From assembly GCA_033723415.1 (NCBI GenBank), contig JAWVXD010000004.1, positions 1-64,000 on the forward strand: 64,000 bases of DNA. Reading direction: 5' to 3'. Positions within the stretch are counted from its first letter, which is position 1; every line of letters begins with the position of its first letter. Of the stretch, positions 9,267 to 21,617 are shown piece after piece. Origin of the DNA: Sulfurospirillaceae bacterium. Lineage in GTDB: Bacteria; Campylobacterota; Campylobacteria; Campylobacterales; Sulfurospirillaceae. The translations under genes were made by a program, and so were the position numbers. The notes beneath the pieces are model-generated. The model did no database searches. It was not told where the DNA came from and saw nothing but the letters and a program-made list of their open reading frames with translations.

Positions 9267-9932
9267 TTATTTTAAACTATTCAAATACGCAATTAATGCA
9301 ACAATTTCTTTGATCTGTCCATTTTTGAATGCATCTTTTACGCCTTGATTTTTCATGTTGTTTACTATAACACTAGCCTCTTTGTAGGCACCTGCTTTAG
9401 CTTCAGCAAATGTACCTAGTTTTGGCATATTTGGCTGATCGTAAGGAACATCAAAAACTTTTTTAACTGTGTAAGCTTCTGCATAAGCAGTTTCTAAATC
9501 CGTATTTTTCTTAAACATAAAACCGTATTTTGGCATGATTGAACCAGGAACTACACTTTGTGGATCCAACATGTGGTTTTCATTCCAGTCAGTTGTTCTA
9601 TAGTTGCCGACTCTATGTAAATCAGGTCCTGTTCTCTCACTTCCCCATAAAAATGGTCTGTCATACGCATATTCACCACTCAAAGAATACTTACCGTATC
9701 TATCAGTTTCTGATTTAAATGGACGAATAAGCTGAGAATGGCATGCATTACAGTCATTGTTTATATATATTTGTCTTCCTGCTAGTTGAAGCATTGTGTA
9801 AGGCTTAGTACCTACAAGAGGTCTAGCACTTTCCATGAAATCAGGTAGTACCGTAACGATACCCGCATATGCTATAACAACAAATACGCCTACTGCAAAA
9901 AAGAATGGATTTTTTTCTAACCAACGAAACAT
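9267..9932 (-). CDS. ccoO: cbb3-type cytochrome c oxidase subunit II
   Basis: CNACHSQLIRP, WGSERTGPDL, SIMP. Confidence 0.97.
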   Translation of the reverse strand: MFRWLEKNPFFFAVGVFVVIAYAGIVTVLPDFMESARPLVGTKPYTMLQLAGRQIYINNDCNACHSQLIRPFKSETDRYGKYSLSGEYAYDRPFLWGSERTGPDLHRVGNYRTTDWNENHMLDPQSVVPGSIMPKYGFMFKKNTDLETAYAEAYTVKKVFDVPYDQPNMPKLGTFAEAKAGAYKEASVIVNNMKNQGVKDAFKNGQIKEIVALIAYLNSLK

Positions 9933-9943
9933 CATATACCTCC

Positions 9944-11407
9944 TTATGCCATAGGTGAAGCATATTGAGGTTCTTTCTCAATTGCTTTGCTTGAAGTGGC
10001 TGTTTTATACATATTGTATGCCCACATAAAAACACCGACTAGATAGAATATACCGCCTACGCCTCTTAAAGTATAATATGGGTGAAGTACTTCAACCGCA
10101 TCTATAAAAGAGTAAGCTAGGTTTCCGTATTGATCGGTTGCTCTCCACATCATACCTTGCGTAATTCCGGCGATCCACATACTAGAAAAGTACATAACAA
10201 TCCCTGTTGTTTGTAACCAAAACTGCGCTTCAACTATCTTTTTGCTAAATATTTCTTTTTTATACATTCTTGGGGCCATATGGAACAATGCACCAATAAT
10301 CATAAATCCAACCCAACCAAGAGTACCATCATGTACGTGTCCTGGAATCCAGTTTGTAAAGTGTGCCAATGCATTTACTGATTTAATAGCTTGAATCGGA
10401 CCTTCTAATGTACTTAACATATAGAATGTTGATGCAAGTACATAAAACTTGATAAGTGGATTTTCTTTTAGTTGTCCCCATTCACCTTTCATTGTAAGCA
10501 GCATATTGATAGCGCTACCCCATGAAGGAAGAATTAGAATAACCGAGAAGATCGATCCCATAGTCTGTACCCAGTCTGGAACAGTTGAATATAGCAAGTG
10601 GTGTCCACCTGCCCAAAGGTAAACAAACATCAATCCCCAGAATGATAAAAGTGACAATTTATAAGAGAAGATCGGCTGTCCAGATTCTTTTGGTAAGAAG
10701 TAGTAGATCATAGCGATAATAGGAACAGTTAAAACAAATGCAACGGCATTATGTCCGTACCACCACTGAACCATAGCATCATTACTTCCAGCATACATAG
10801 AAACTGAATGATACCATTTACCCATACCTGCTACAAAGTAAGTAGGAATCTCCATGTTGTTAAATAGATATAACATAGCAACACCAAGAAAAGCAGCTAT
10901 ATAATACCAAACTGAAATGTATAGAACCTTTTCTCTTCTTATACCTATAAGTCCGAATATCCCTATACCCCATAGTACCCATACTACAACAACGGCGATA
11001 TCGATAGGCCATTCAAACTCTGCATACTCTTTTGATGTTGTAATTCCCATTAGCAACGAAACAACAACCGCTGCAACGGTTAAAATATACAACCAGAAAT
11101 GAAGTTTTCCCATGAACATTAAAAATTTTGATTCTGCCATAGAGACTTTCAAAACTCTTTGTCCAACATAGTACCAAGTAGCCCAGATTCCACTAAGCGT
11201 GAAACCAAATATAGCCGCGTCTGTATGAAGAGGTCTTAGCCTTCCAAATGTACCATACTCACCAGCTAAATTATTTAGTTCTGGATAAGCCAATTGAAAA
11301 GCTATGATTACACCAACAAGCATACCTACAATACCTAAAACAATAGTAGTAATTGTAAAATATCTCGCTACCGTATAGTCATACTGAATAGCATTACTAG
11401 ACTGCAT
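9944..11407 (-). CDS. ccoN: cbb3-type cytochrome c oxidase subunit I
   Basis: FGRLRPLHT, QWWYGHNAV, WAGGHHL, GHVH. Confidence 0.98.
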   Translation of the reverse strand: MQSSNAIQYDYTVARYFTITTIVLGIVGMLVGVIIAFQLAYPELNNLAGEYGTFGRLRPLHTDAAIFGFTLSGIWATWYYVGQRVLKVSMAESKFLMFMGKLHFWLYILTVAAVVVSLLMGITTSKEYAEFEWPIDIAVVVVWVLWGIGIFGLIGIRREKVLYISVWYYIAAFLGVAMLYLFNNMEIPTYFVAGMGKWYHSVSMYAGSNDAMVQWWYGHNAVAFVLTVPIIAMIYYFLPKESGQPIFSYKLSLLSFWGLMFVYLWAGGHHLLYSTVPDWVQTMGSIFSVILILPSWGSAINMLLTMKGEWGQLKENPLIKFYVLASTFYMLSTLEGPIQAIKSVNALAHFTNWIPGHVHDGTLGWVGFMIIGALFHMAPRMYKKEIFSKKIVEAQFWLQTTGIVMYFSSMWIAGITQGMMWRATDQYGNLAYSFIDAVEVLHPYYTLRGVGGIFYLVGVFMWAYNMYKTATSSKAIEKEPQYASPMA

Positions 11408-11509
11408 CAATTCCTCCTGAATTAATTTTTATGTCACAAAAATATCACATAATTATAAGAATTATAATATATCTTAGGTACAACAAAGCTTAATAGGATT
11501 AAATTTGTA

Positions 11510-12187
11510 TTAAATGGATGTATTAATCTTATAACCCAAGCCAGGAATGTTTTTAATAAAATTTTTGCCTGTTTTACCTCTAATTCTTTTTACAAACGTC
11601 CTTATTGCGGCATCGCTGACATTTTTATTTATCCAAACATATTTTTTAATTTCTTCATGTAAAACAAAAACGCCCAGATTTTTTACCAAAATTGTCATAA
11701 ATAATAACTCTTTCTTCGTCAATGTTATAATAGAATCATTTTTAATTAAGACTTTTTTGCTTCTATCGAACTTATAATTATTACCTAAGTCTATAATATC
11801 ATCCAAAGACAATAGATCCTTTCCGATAAAATTAAGAGCAACCATAAGTTCGTCTGCATCAATCGGTTTAATAAGATATTTGTCTATACCTATATCTATA
11901 GCTTCCAAAAGTCTTTCTTTTTCATCAAATGCACTAAGTACCACAATAGGAGTGTTTCTCGATATCTTTTTAATCTCTCTAGCCATTTCCAGTCCATCTT
12001 TTATAGGCATCATTATATCTGTTATGACTATGTCAGGTTTGTATTTTTGAAATTTCTTAAAACCTTCATCTCCATCTTTTGCTAGTATAAAATTTGCAAA
12101 TTCATCACCTATGGCGCCTTCTAAAGCATCTCTAATGCTTTGTTCATCTTCAACAAATAAAACTGTCATTTTTGATAAATCGCTCAC
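11510..12187 (-). CDS. OmpR-family response regulator (syntenic with C. jejuni BumR/Cj1491c)
   Basis: Receiver (VEDE, ITDIMMP, KP) plus winged-helix (LTKKE...GLGYK). Confidence 0.9.
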   Translation of the reverse strand: MSDLSKMTVLFVEDEQSIRDALEGAIGDEFANFILAKDGDEGFKKFQKYKPDIVITDIMMPIKDGLEMAREIKKISRNTPIVVLSAFDEKERLLEAIDIGIDKYLIKPIDADELMVALNFIGKDLLSLDDIIDLGNNYKFDRSKKVLIKNDSIITLTKKELLFMTILVKNLGVFVLHEEIKKYVWINKNVSDAAIRTFVKRIRGKTGKNFIKNIPGLGYKINTSI

Positions 12188-13410
12188 ACTCGTCTCCTTT
12201 GAGGTACAATTAAATTGAATTTCGTTCCTTTACGATAATTTACCGCACTTATTTCACCGTTCATACTATCTTTGATAATCATTCTGCTCATGTAGAGACC
12301 TAAACCTGTCCCGGCACTTGAATGTTTTGTCGTAAAATATGGATCAAATATTTTTTCAATAATTTCTTCATCTATTCCTCCTGCATCATCTGTGTAGGAG
12401 ATAGTAACATTTGCTTTATTGTCAATATCTACAGTAATTTCAATATTTCTGTCTTTTATTTTTTTATTGGCAAATGCATCTTTTGAATTATTTAGCAAAT
12501 TCATCAAGACTTGAGTAAATTCGCTCAAAAATCCATCTATAAAAGCTGCTTTGTTATAGATAACTTTTATCTTGAGCTCGTGTCTTTGAATTGTAGCTTC
12601 CATGATTCTTAACATTTCATCAATCGCATCTTTTATGTAAAATTGTTCTACTTTTTTATTTGGATTAAAAAAATGTCTGAAATCTTCTATTGTCTTTGAC
12701 ATTTTCTTTATAACTTCTTTTGAATGATTATAGCTTGCCATAAACTCATCAGAATTATTATTTTTTGTTGCTAAAAAAATCTTCTTTATTTTGTAAAGCG
12801 TTATGCTAAGTTCAGAAAGAGGTTGTCTCCATTGATGAGCAATATTTCCGAGCATCTCTCCCATACTTGCAAGTCTTGACTGTTGAAATAAAAATTTATC
12901 TTTTTCTCTATTTTTTTCAACTTCTTCCTCGACTCTTTTTTCCAAATTTTGGTTGAGAGCAATTAACTCTTTTGTTTGTTTTGCAATTCTCTCTTCAAGA
13001 GTTGCATTAAAATCTTCTAGTTCTTTTTCTTTTTTTTGTAATTCTTTAGTTAGTTCTTCTTTTCTCGTCACATCATATCTTATCGCCATAAACTCTTCTA
13101 TTTTACCGTTTTTATCTAGCATAGGGATGACCGTTGTATTTACATAAATAGTCTTCCCGTATTTAGAAAGATTTTTGACGGTTGCTTTATAAGTCTTTTT
13201 TGCAAGAATTGTTTCCCATAACACTCTAAAAACATCACTTTGAACATCAGGATGCCTGACAATATTGTGATTTTTACCTATCAATTCTTCTCTGCTATAT
13301 TCAAAAATCTTGCAAAATTCATCGTTAACGAAAGTAATTATTCCGTCCAAATCGGTTTTTGATACTATATTACTGGCTTCAATCGCATTTTTGTACTGAT
13401 TTAGAGTCAT
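12184..13410 (-). CDS. Cytoplasmic PAS-domain sensor histidine kinase
   Basis: PAS (HNIVRHPD), IAHQWRQPL H-box, FDPYFTTK, GTGLGL; no TM. Confidence 0.92.
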   Translation of the reverse strand: MTLNQYKNAIEASNIVSKTDLDGIITFVNDEFCKIFEYSREELIGKNHNIVRHPDVQSDVFRVLWETILAKKTYKATVKNLSKYGKTIYVNTTVIPMLDKNGKIEEFMAIRYDVTRKEELTKELQKKEKELEDFNATLEERIAKQTKELIALNQNLEKRVEEEVEKNREKDKFLFQQSRLASMGEMLGNIAHQWRQPLSELSITLYKIKKIFLATKNNNSDEFMASYNHSKEVIKKMSKTIEDFRHFFNPNKKVEQFYIKDAIDEMLRIMEATIQRHELKIKVIYNKAAFIDGFLSEFTQVLMNLLNNSKDAFANKKIKDRNIEITVDIDNKANVTISYTDDAGGIDEEIIEKIFDPYFTTKHSSAGTGLGLYMSRMIIKDSMNGEISAVNYRKGTKFNLIVPQRRRV

Positions 13411-14099
13411 TTTGCCAAGCCTTTAATGACGGACATATAACCAAGATAAGCTATGTATATACCATATAATATAATTACAACAGACGCTAATCTTATCATG
13501 ATCTCTCTAAAGCCGCTTCCTTTTAAAAAACCTATAATGTAACCAAATCCCAGTAAAGATGGTATAGTCGAGAGGCCAAATATCAACATGGTTATTCCAC
13601 CGTAGAAAATAGAACCGGTTGCTGCAGCCGATACAGCAAAAAAGTAAACTAAACCACAAGGTAGAAATCCGTTCAACATACCTAAGCCGTAGAAGCTATA
13701 GATGCTTTTAGAATGTATCAAAGAAGAAAAAATCTTTTTAACAATAGGATTAGTGGCAATGGATGATTCAAGTGAAGTGAGAAATCTTATCTGCCCCATC
13801 AAGGAAAGCCCCATAAGAATCATGAATGCTCCTATCGCAAATAGAAAATATCCTGTTGAAGTTTGAGAAAAAGATATAACACTTCCTAAATAACCAGAAA
13901 TCATACCTATGAACACATAAGACGTAACCCGTCCTAAACTATAGAAGAGATGACTGATAAACTGTTTGCTTTTGGAAGATTTGGCATCGATCTTAGAACT
14001 GCTGTATGCTACTATAAAACCTCCACACATCCCTATACAATGTCCTAGACTACCTAAAAATGCAACTGCTATAATTGCCGTGAAATTTATAGTATCTAT
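13407..14099 (-). CDS. DsbD_2/TauE-SafE-like membrane protein with GHCxGMCG motif
   Basis: GHCIGMCGG and GFLPCGLVY motifs; frame extends 23 codons upstream of ATG 14030 to an SD-spaced ATA at 14099. Confidence 0.8.
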   Translation of the reverse strand: MDTINFTAIIAVAFLGSLGHCIGMCGGFIVAYSSSKIDAKSSKSKQFISHLFYSLGRVTSYVFIGMISGYLGSVISFSQTSTGYFLFAIGAFMILMGLSLMGQIRFLTSLESSIATNPIVKKIFSSLIHSKSIYSFYGLGMLNGFLPCGLVYFFAVSAAATGSIFYGGITMLIFGLSTIPSLLGFGYIIGFLKGSGFREIMIRLASVVIILYGIYIAYLGYMSVIKGLAK

Positions 14100-14111
14100 G
14101 ACATTTTCCTT

Positions 14112-15242
14112 TTAGATTTTTTGTGCAAATTCTTTAAAAATATATTTACTATCATGCGGACCTGGACTAGCTTCTGGGTGATGCTGGACTGAAAAAATAG
14201 GTTCATTTTTATAAGAAACACCCTCTATCGTATTATCAAACAGGTTTATATGTGTAATCTCTGCGATTTCACAAATAGATGATGGAACATTGTAATTATG
14301 ATTTTGTGCCGTGATCTCTACTACTCTGTTTTTTTCATATCTCACAGGATGGTTTCCTCCATGCTGACCAAAATGCAATTTGTATGTAGGGTAACCGTGA
14401 GCAATACTAAGTAGTTGATGTCCCAAGCAGATAGCAAAAATAGGTATCTTTGCATCTATAAGCTTAGCAATCTTCTGCGCTTCTTCTTTATAGAACATAG
14501 GATCGCCTGGTCCATTTGATAAGAACAAAGCATTTATATCACCTTTTTTGTATCTTTCTATCAAAGTATCTATACTAAAGTCATAAGGTACAACTTCTAC
14601 CTCTAAACCAGCTTCACAAAGCTCATTTAGTATATTTCTCTTAACTCCAAAATCTAATACAACGACTTTTTTCTTTGGTTCATTAGAAATATCTTTATAT
14701 TTAAATTTTGCACCGTCCCATGCTCCACTTTTATGTATATAACTTTCCTGAGTACTAACTTCTTTTATAAAATTGACTTCTTCTATTCTTGGGAAAGATT
14801 TCAATATTCCTTTTAATTCTTCTTTATTTGAAACCTCTGTTGATGCTATCATCATCTTTGATCCGAAATCTCTTACACTCTTAGTCAGATACCTTGTATC
14901 AATGTCGCATATACCTATGGCATTATTGTCTATTAGCATATTGTCAAGAGAATCAGTAGCTCTGAAATTTGAGTGTAATTCATTAAAATTACGGATAATC
15001 ATACCGCTGGCATGAACACGAGAACTCTCCATATCATCATGATTGACACCTACGATCCCGATTTCAGGCATCGTGAATACAACAAATTGTCCGGCATAGC
15101 TAGGATCGCTCATGATTTCTTGATAACCTGTCATAGAAGTGTTAAAAACTATCTCTCCTACCCTAGTTCCTGTACTTCCAAAACTCTTAGCTTCCAAAAA
15201 AATACCATTTTCGATATATATCCAAATTGGTTTCAATTTCAT
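14112..15242 (-). CDS. carA: Carbamoyl-phosphate synthase small subunit
   Basis: GEIVFNTSMTGYQE, SNGPGDP, ICLGHQ, QHHPEASPGPHD. Confidence 0.98.
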   Translation of the reverse strand: MKLKPIWIYIENGIFLEAKSFGSTGTRVGEIVFNTSMTGYQEIMSDPSYAGQFVVFTMPEIGIVGVNHDDMESSRVHASGMIIRNFNELHSNFRATDSLDNMLIDNNAIGICDIDTRYLTKSVRDFGSKMMIASTEVSNKEELKGILKSFPRIEEVNFIKEVSTQESYIHKSGAWDGAKFKYKDISNEPKKKVVVLDFGVKRNILNELCEAGLEVEVVPYDFSIDTLIERYKKGDINALFLSNGPGDPMFYKEEAQKIAKLIDAKIPIFAICLGHQLLSIAHGYPTYKLHFGQHGGNHPVRYEKNRVVEITAQNHNYNVPSSICEIAEITHINLFDNTIEGVSYKNEPIFSVQHHPEASPGPHDSKYIFKEFAQKI

Positions 15243-15796
15243 ATTAACATGCCTCTTCTTTTTAATTCTTCTTCATAAAGTCTCTCAAATACTAAATCAT
15301 ATTCTGCAGAACCTGGGATAAGCTTTCTTTTGTAATTGTCTATTTGTTCGGCAACAATATCTTCTATACCTTCAAAGTTTTCCAAATAATGTTCTATAGA
15401 AGTATATATGATATTTTTAACTCTATTATCAGATACTGAATAATCAATAAGATTTTGTTTCCATGATTTTTCTAATATTTGGTGAGAAATATTATTAAAC
15501 CTATCTTCATATGACAAAATAACATCGTATTCTTTTGCTAATTTTTTCTTAATTAGCCAAAACATACTTCGTCTATCTACCTGTCTGAATTCAATCTCAT
15601 CGTCATTTGCATCCAGTATTTCATCAACTTTTTTTTCTAAAGCAATTTCTTTTTTTATATCTTCTTCTATAAGTTCTTTTGCGATCTTTGCTATTGGCTC
15701 AACTCCTTGCAATAACTTTACAAATCCACAATTCAACAAGTCTATTGCTATTTTATTTGATATATACGGAGCGTGAGGTAATCTGACTTTCATCAA
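15239..15796 (-). CDS. DUF507 family protein
   Basis: Acidic helical protein ending YEEELKRRG, typical upstream of carA in Campylobacterota. Confidence 0.75.
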   Translation of the reverse strand: MMKVRLPHAPYISNKIAIDLLNCGFVKLLQGVEPIAKIAKELIEEDIKKEIALEKKVDEILDANDDEIEFRQVDRRSMFWLIKKKLAKEYDVILSYEDRFNNISHQILEKSWKQNLIDYSVSDNRVKNIIYTSIEHYLENFEGIEDIVAEQIDNYKRKLIPGSAEYDLVFERLYEEELKRRGMLI

Positions 15797-15896
15797 CCAA
15801 CCTTATTTTAGATTTTGTCACATTTTATCTAATTTAAGGTAAATATCTGTTTATACAGAAAATTGTCACGAAAAAGTTTTATGACTTTGGAGAGAT

Positions 15897-16511
15897 TTAT
15901 CTTTTTACTACCAGTAAACAACCGATCAAAATCATTATACTGCCTGCAGTTTTATTCATGATATTTTGAGTTTTCGGCCTTTTGATCGCATCTTTTGTCT
16001 TGGAAGCAAAGTATGCATACGTCGTCAAGACAGTGGAAAGTACGCCCAAAACTAAAAATGTCACCAATAAAATATCTTTTGTAGTTAATCTAGATATATT
16101 TACAAATGTCGGAAGAAATCCTATATAAAAGGCTATAACTTTTGGATTGCCGAGAGTTATAAACAAACCGGAGAAGAAATCACCGGAGTAGCTGGTCTTT
16201 TTTTCAAGAGTCGTATCAAAATGTGAAGTCTTTGCCATAAATATCTTATATCCAAGATATACCAGGTAAAGGCCACCTATAACTTTTATAACCTCAAAAA
16301 GCGTCCCTAAAGTAGAAGCAATTATGCCTAAACCAAATATTGAAAGAAGTAAAAATATTATATCTCCTAGAACCATGCCCCCAGCCATAAAGAGTGCATG
16401 TTTAAATCCAGATCCTAGTGATCTTGACACAACCGCCAATGTTCCGGGTCCAGGCGTCGCCATAAATATAAAAATAACTCCCGTAAATGTTAATGCGGTT
16501 AAAAAATCCAC
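15897..16511 (-). CDS. LysE/RhtB family amino acid exporter
   Basis: TPGP motif, GGLYLVYLG, TLGNPK. Confidence 0.92.
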   Translation of the reverse strand: MDFLTALTFTGVIFIFMATPGPGTLAVVSRSLGSGFKHALFMAGGMVLGDIIFLLLSIFGLGIIASTLGTLFEVIKVIGGLYLVYLGYKIFMAKTSHFDTTLEKKTSYSGDFFSGLFITLGNPKVIAFYIGFLPTFVNISRLTTKDILLVTFLVLGVLSTVLTTYAYFASKTKDAIKRPKTQNIMNKTAGSIMILIGCLLVVKR

Positions 16512-17041
16512 TATTTTTTCTTCTTGGTCGCAGTATTAAACGGAGGTCCAACACTAAGCCTTATTGTTATCTTTGATGCTTTTACAGGATCCATCTTTGC
16601 CAAAATCGTAGATATTTTCTTTGCTTGTAACATAAATAGTATTGAAGATGCCTCTTCTGTAGATAGACTTTCAAAAATCGTAGCAGCAGCAGAGTCTTTC
16701 ATCTTAGAGTATGTCTGACTTATTTTATCACTTTTTAGACCTTTGATCTCAGCCAAGATCTGTTTATTCTGTGCTATTAAATCTTCTATCTTTTTTCTTG
16801 TAGCATTTAGATCTTCTTCTTTTTGAGCCAACTCTTGTCTTCCTTTTTCTATACCGGCTCTTTGCTTGTCAAACAATGCATTTGTAGCTGCTTTCAATGC
16901 TTCAAATGATTGTCTTGCATCATCAATCTTTTCAACTTCTCTCAATAATTCAGATTTTCTACTTTCAAATATTTGAGTACAATCGACACTTTGAGCGAAA
17001 GAAGAAACGACCAAAATAAATATCAAAAATAATGTTTTCAA
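16511..17041 (-). CDS. MotE/FlbB-like flagellar periplasmic coiled-coil protein
   Basis: Signal peptide, DCTQIFE.RK.E, YSKMK..AA and ILAKMDP.KAS repeats; next to fliJ. Confidence 0.7.
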   Translation of the reverse strand: MKTLFLIFILVVSSFAQSVDCTQIFESRKSELLREVEKIDDARQSFEALKAATNALFDKQRAGIEKGRQELAQKEEDLNATRKKIEDLIAQNKQILAEIKGLKSDKISQTYSKMKDSAAATIFESLSTEEASSILFMLQAKKISTILAKMDPVKASKITIRLSVGPPFNTATKKKK

Positions 17042-17460
17042 ACTTTTGACCTTTTGTATTGAAGTATGTTAGATATCTCATCCATATTTTTTTGCTCTTC
17101 TTTGTTTAGTTTGTCAATTTTTTGCATCAGTTCTTGCTCCTCTAAATATTTTATTTTCTCAAAATCAATCTGGGCATTTTTGTATTCAAACTGCTTTTTT
17201 GATAATTCAATATTTTTGGCTTCTAAATTTTGTTCCAAATGCTTCTTTTCAACATTTAAAATTCTTCTTTGTTCTTGATAAGAAGCTAAAATGTTAACTG
17301 CTCCATGTTTTGGGACAGTTAACTTTTTTATGCTTACGTAAATTTCATGTATACCTGTTTCTATCTCTAGTATATCGAGTCTGATACGAGCCAATTCATT
17401 TTCGATCTTATTTAGCTTTTGTTTCTTTACTTTTGAGATTTGTGAAAATGCCGACTTCAT
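17038..17460 (-). CDS. fliJ: Flagellar export protein FliJ-like
   Basis: 140-aa coiled coil ending EKIKYLE...EEQKNMDE. Confidence 0.65.
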   Translation of the reverse strand: MKSAFSQISKVKKQKLNKIENELARIRLDILEIETGIHEIYVSIKKLTVPKHGAVNILASYQEQRRILNVEKKHLEQNLEAKNIELSKKQFEYKNAQIDFEKIKYLEEQELMQKIDKLNKEEQKNMDEISNILQYKRSKV

Positions 17461-17468
17461 CTATAAAT

Positions 17469-19569
<2,101 letters not shown>

Positions 19570-19574
19570 ATTTT

Positions 19575-20684
19575 CTACTTATATTGTGCTTCACAGAAAA
19601 CTCTGTTTGCACTTCCGTCAAATTTTCTTCTACCGAGCTCATCTAACGCTAGTTCTATAGCATTTAGCGTCCAAGGCACTTCATATCCTTCAAAAATCCC
19701 CATATGATTTATTCGAAACAGGGTGTTTTTAATATGCTCTTGTCCTCCTGCTATATTCACGCCATATTTTTGTTTTAAGATCTTTCTGATGCTTGAGGCA
19801 TCTTCATCAAAAACTGCACTCATAGAGTTCGCAGGAGTTTTAGGATATATCCTAAGACCTAAAGCTTTCAGGGCTTCTCTTGTTGCGAAGGCTCTCTTTG
19901 CAGTATCTGTATATAATTTCTCTATGCCATCTTTTTTAATTAATTCCAAAACTGCTTTCAAACCTATAACCAATGTCGTAGGAGCAGTCCAAGCAGTAGT
20001 GTTTTTTCTCTGATTTTTGAGTTCAATCGCGAGATTGAAATAATAACCTTTTGGCATACTCTCAATCTTGTTTATAGCTTCTTGACTTAGTCCGATCATA
20101 GATAATCCAGGTGGCAGCATAAAAGCTTTTTGACTTCCGGAGATCAAAGCATCTATATTTGTTGTATCGATCTTCTCTACACCAACAGCTGTGATACCGT
20201 CTGCTATTATAGAGATATCTTTATTGATCTCTTTGGCCTTCTTTGCAATTTGCTCTATCGGATGTCTTAAACCGCCGGCACTTTCACAAACCTGAACACA
20301 AATAACATCAATATCTTTGTCCTCTTTTAAGACTCTCTCGACATCTTCGATATTACATGGTGTATTCCAGTCATATTTTAATTCTTTAAAATCTATATCA
20401 TACGCTTTACAAATCTCACCGAATCTCTCACCGAATTTTCCTGAATTTACAACGAGTGCTTTTTTTCTGCATAGATTTAATACCGATGCTTCCATAGCGC
20501 CTGTTCCGCTGCTTGCAAGCATTAAAACTTCCGGCATATCAAAAACTTCTTTTAATAATTCTCGTGTTTTACCAAATATTTCTTCAAATTCCGGAGTCCT
20601 ATGATGTATAGTAGGCTCACTCATGGCCACCCTAATAGCTTCAGGCACAGGCGTAGGACCAGGCGTTAGTAGCAACATTTTCAT
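19575..20684 (-). CDS. Class V PLP aminotransferase (serine/alanine-glyoxylate type)
   Basis: LTPGPTP, SSGTGAME, GSQKAFMLPPG, FRINHMG. Confidence 0.92.
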   Translation of the reverse strand: MKMLLLTPGPTPVPEAIRVAMSEPTIHHRTPEFEEIFGKTRELLKEVFDMPEVLMLASSGTGAMEASVLNLCRKKALVVNSGKFGERFGEICKAYDIDFKELKYDWNTPCNIEDVERVLKEDKDIDVICVQVCESAGGLRHPIEQIAKKAKEINKDISIIADGITAVGVEKIDTTNIDALISGSQKAFMLPPGLSMIGLSQEAINKIESMPKGYYFNLAIELKNQRKNTTAWTAPTTLVIGLKAVLELIKKDGIEKLYTDTAKRAFATREALKALGLRIYPKTPANSMSAVFDEDASSIRKILKQKYGVNIAGGQEHIKNTLFRINHMGIFEGYEVPWTLNAIELALDELGRRKFDGSANRVFCEAQYK

Positions 20685-20737
20685 TACCTTTATGTGATTT
20701 TTAAGACTATTTTATCAAAAAATTACTTTTTCTTTGT

Positions 20738-21601
20738 TTAGTAGTGCCAAGGATTTAAAATGCGCATACTTTTAAGCATAAGCCAAAATGACAACAAAGG
20801 AAGAAAAAGAACCTGAATAACAAATATGCCTAAATATAAAAAGCTCAGACTCAAAAGATTTTCTATGATATTACCGGCATTGTTGATCGTGTTTACAAAG
20901 ATAGTTTTAAATTCTGTAGTCTTTTCGCTCACATAAGTAGAACTGTTTTTTATTGTACTGAAAATACCATCTGATTCAGGGAAAGAAATATTGTGCATCT
21001 TATCTACTCTTGCAGTTTCCAGATCAAGATTCTGTCTTGCTTGCGAGATTTGATCTTCAAAATAGTTCTTATATATAAAATCATTAGCTATTGATGAGAT
21101 GGGAAGGCACATCCTAAAAATAAGGACAATGATCGACAACTGCAATAAAAATGCTTGGAATCGTTTGATCTTGTTGCTATCAAACCACATAAGAGTTGAA
21201 ATAATCAAAAGCAAAACTCCTATGATCTGAGGTGTCATATGTAGGCTGATCTCATAAATCAATTTTTGAACACCAAGTGAAGTGATAGCCAATATGAGTA
21301 TATTTGATAGCTTTTCAACCATGTCATAAACAGGACCCAGAACTTGACCTATCGCTAGTGACATACCTACACCTGCAGGTTCTAACTGAAGATTTGATTC
21401 TTTAACAACCGATACAGAGGCATTGACGACACGACAAGTGGCATATGCTATACCTGCTTTTTCTATAGCTTTAGTGAAATACTCATGTGTGCTTTTATCA
21501 ACAAGTGGAATAGAATAAATATGTGAGAACAGTAAAAAAAATGCAGCAATAAAACCCAATAGAGATTTTATGATCATCTTCCTATCTAGTGTTTTAATCA
21601 T
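20738..21601 (-). CDS. Hypothetical multi-pass membrane protein
   Basis: 287-aa ORF with several hydrophobic segments. Confidence 0.7.
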   Translation of the reverse strand: MIKTLDRKMIIKSLLGFIAAFFLLFSHIYSIPLVDKSTHEYFTKAIEKAGIAYATCRVVNASVSVVKESNLQLEPAGVGMSLAIGQVLGPVYDMVEKLSNILILAITSLGVQKLIYEISLHMTPQIIGVLLLIISTLMWFDSNKIKRFQAFLLQLSIIVLIFRMCLPISSIANDFIYKNYFEDQISQARQNLDLETARVDKMHNISFPESDGIFSTIKNSSTYVSEKTTEFKTIFVNTINNAGNIIENLLSLSFLYLGIFVIQVLFLPLLSFWLMLKSMRILNPWHY

Positions 21602-21617
21602 GCTTGTAAACTTCCTT

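Noticed and set aside
13021..13040. T-rich run in the histidine kinase as a phase-variation tract
   Set aside because: Encodes Lys/Glu coiled coil with the frame intact; no long poly-G/C tracts seen in the window
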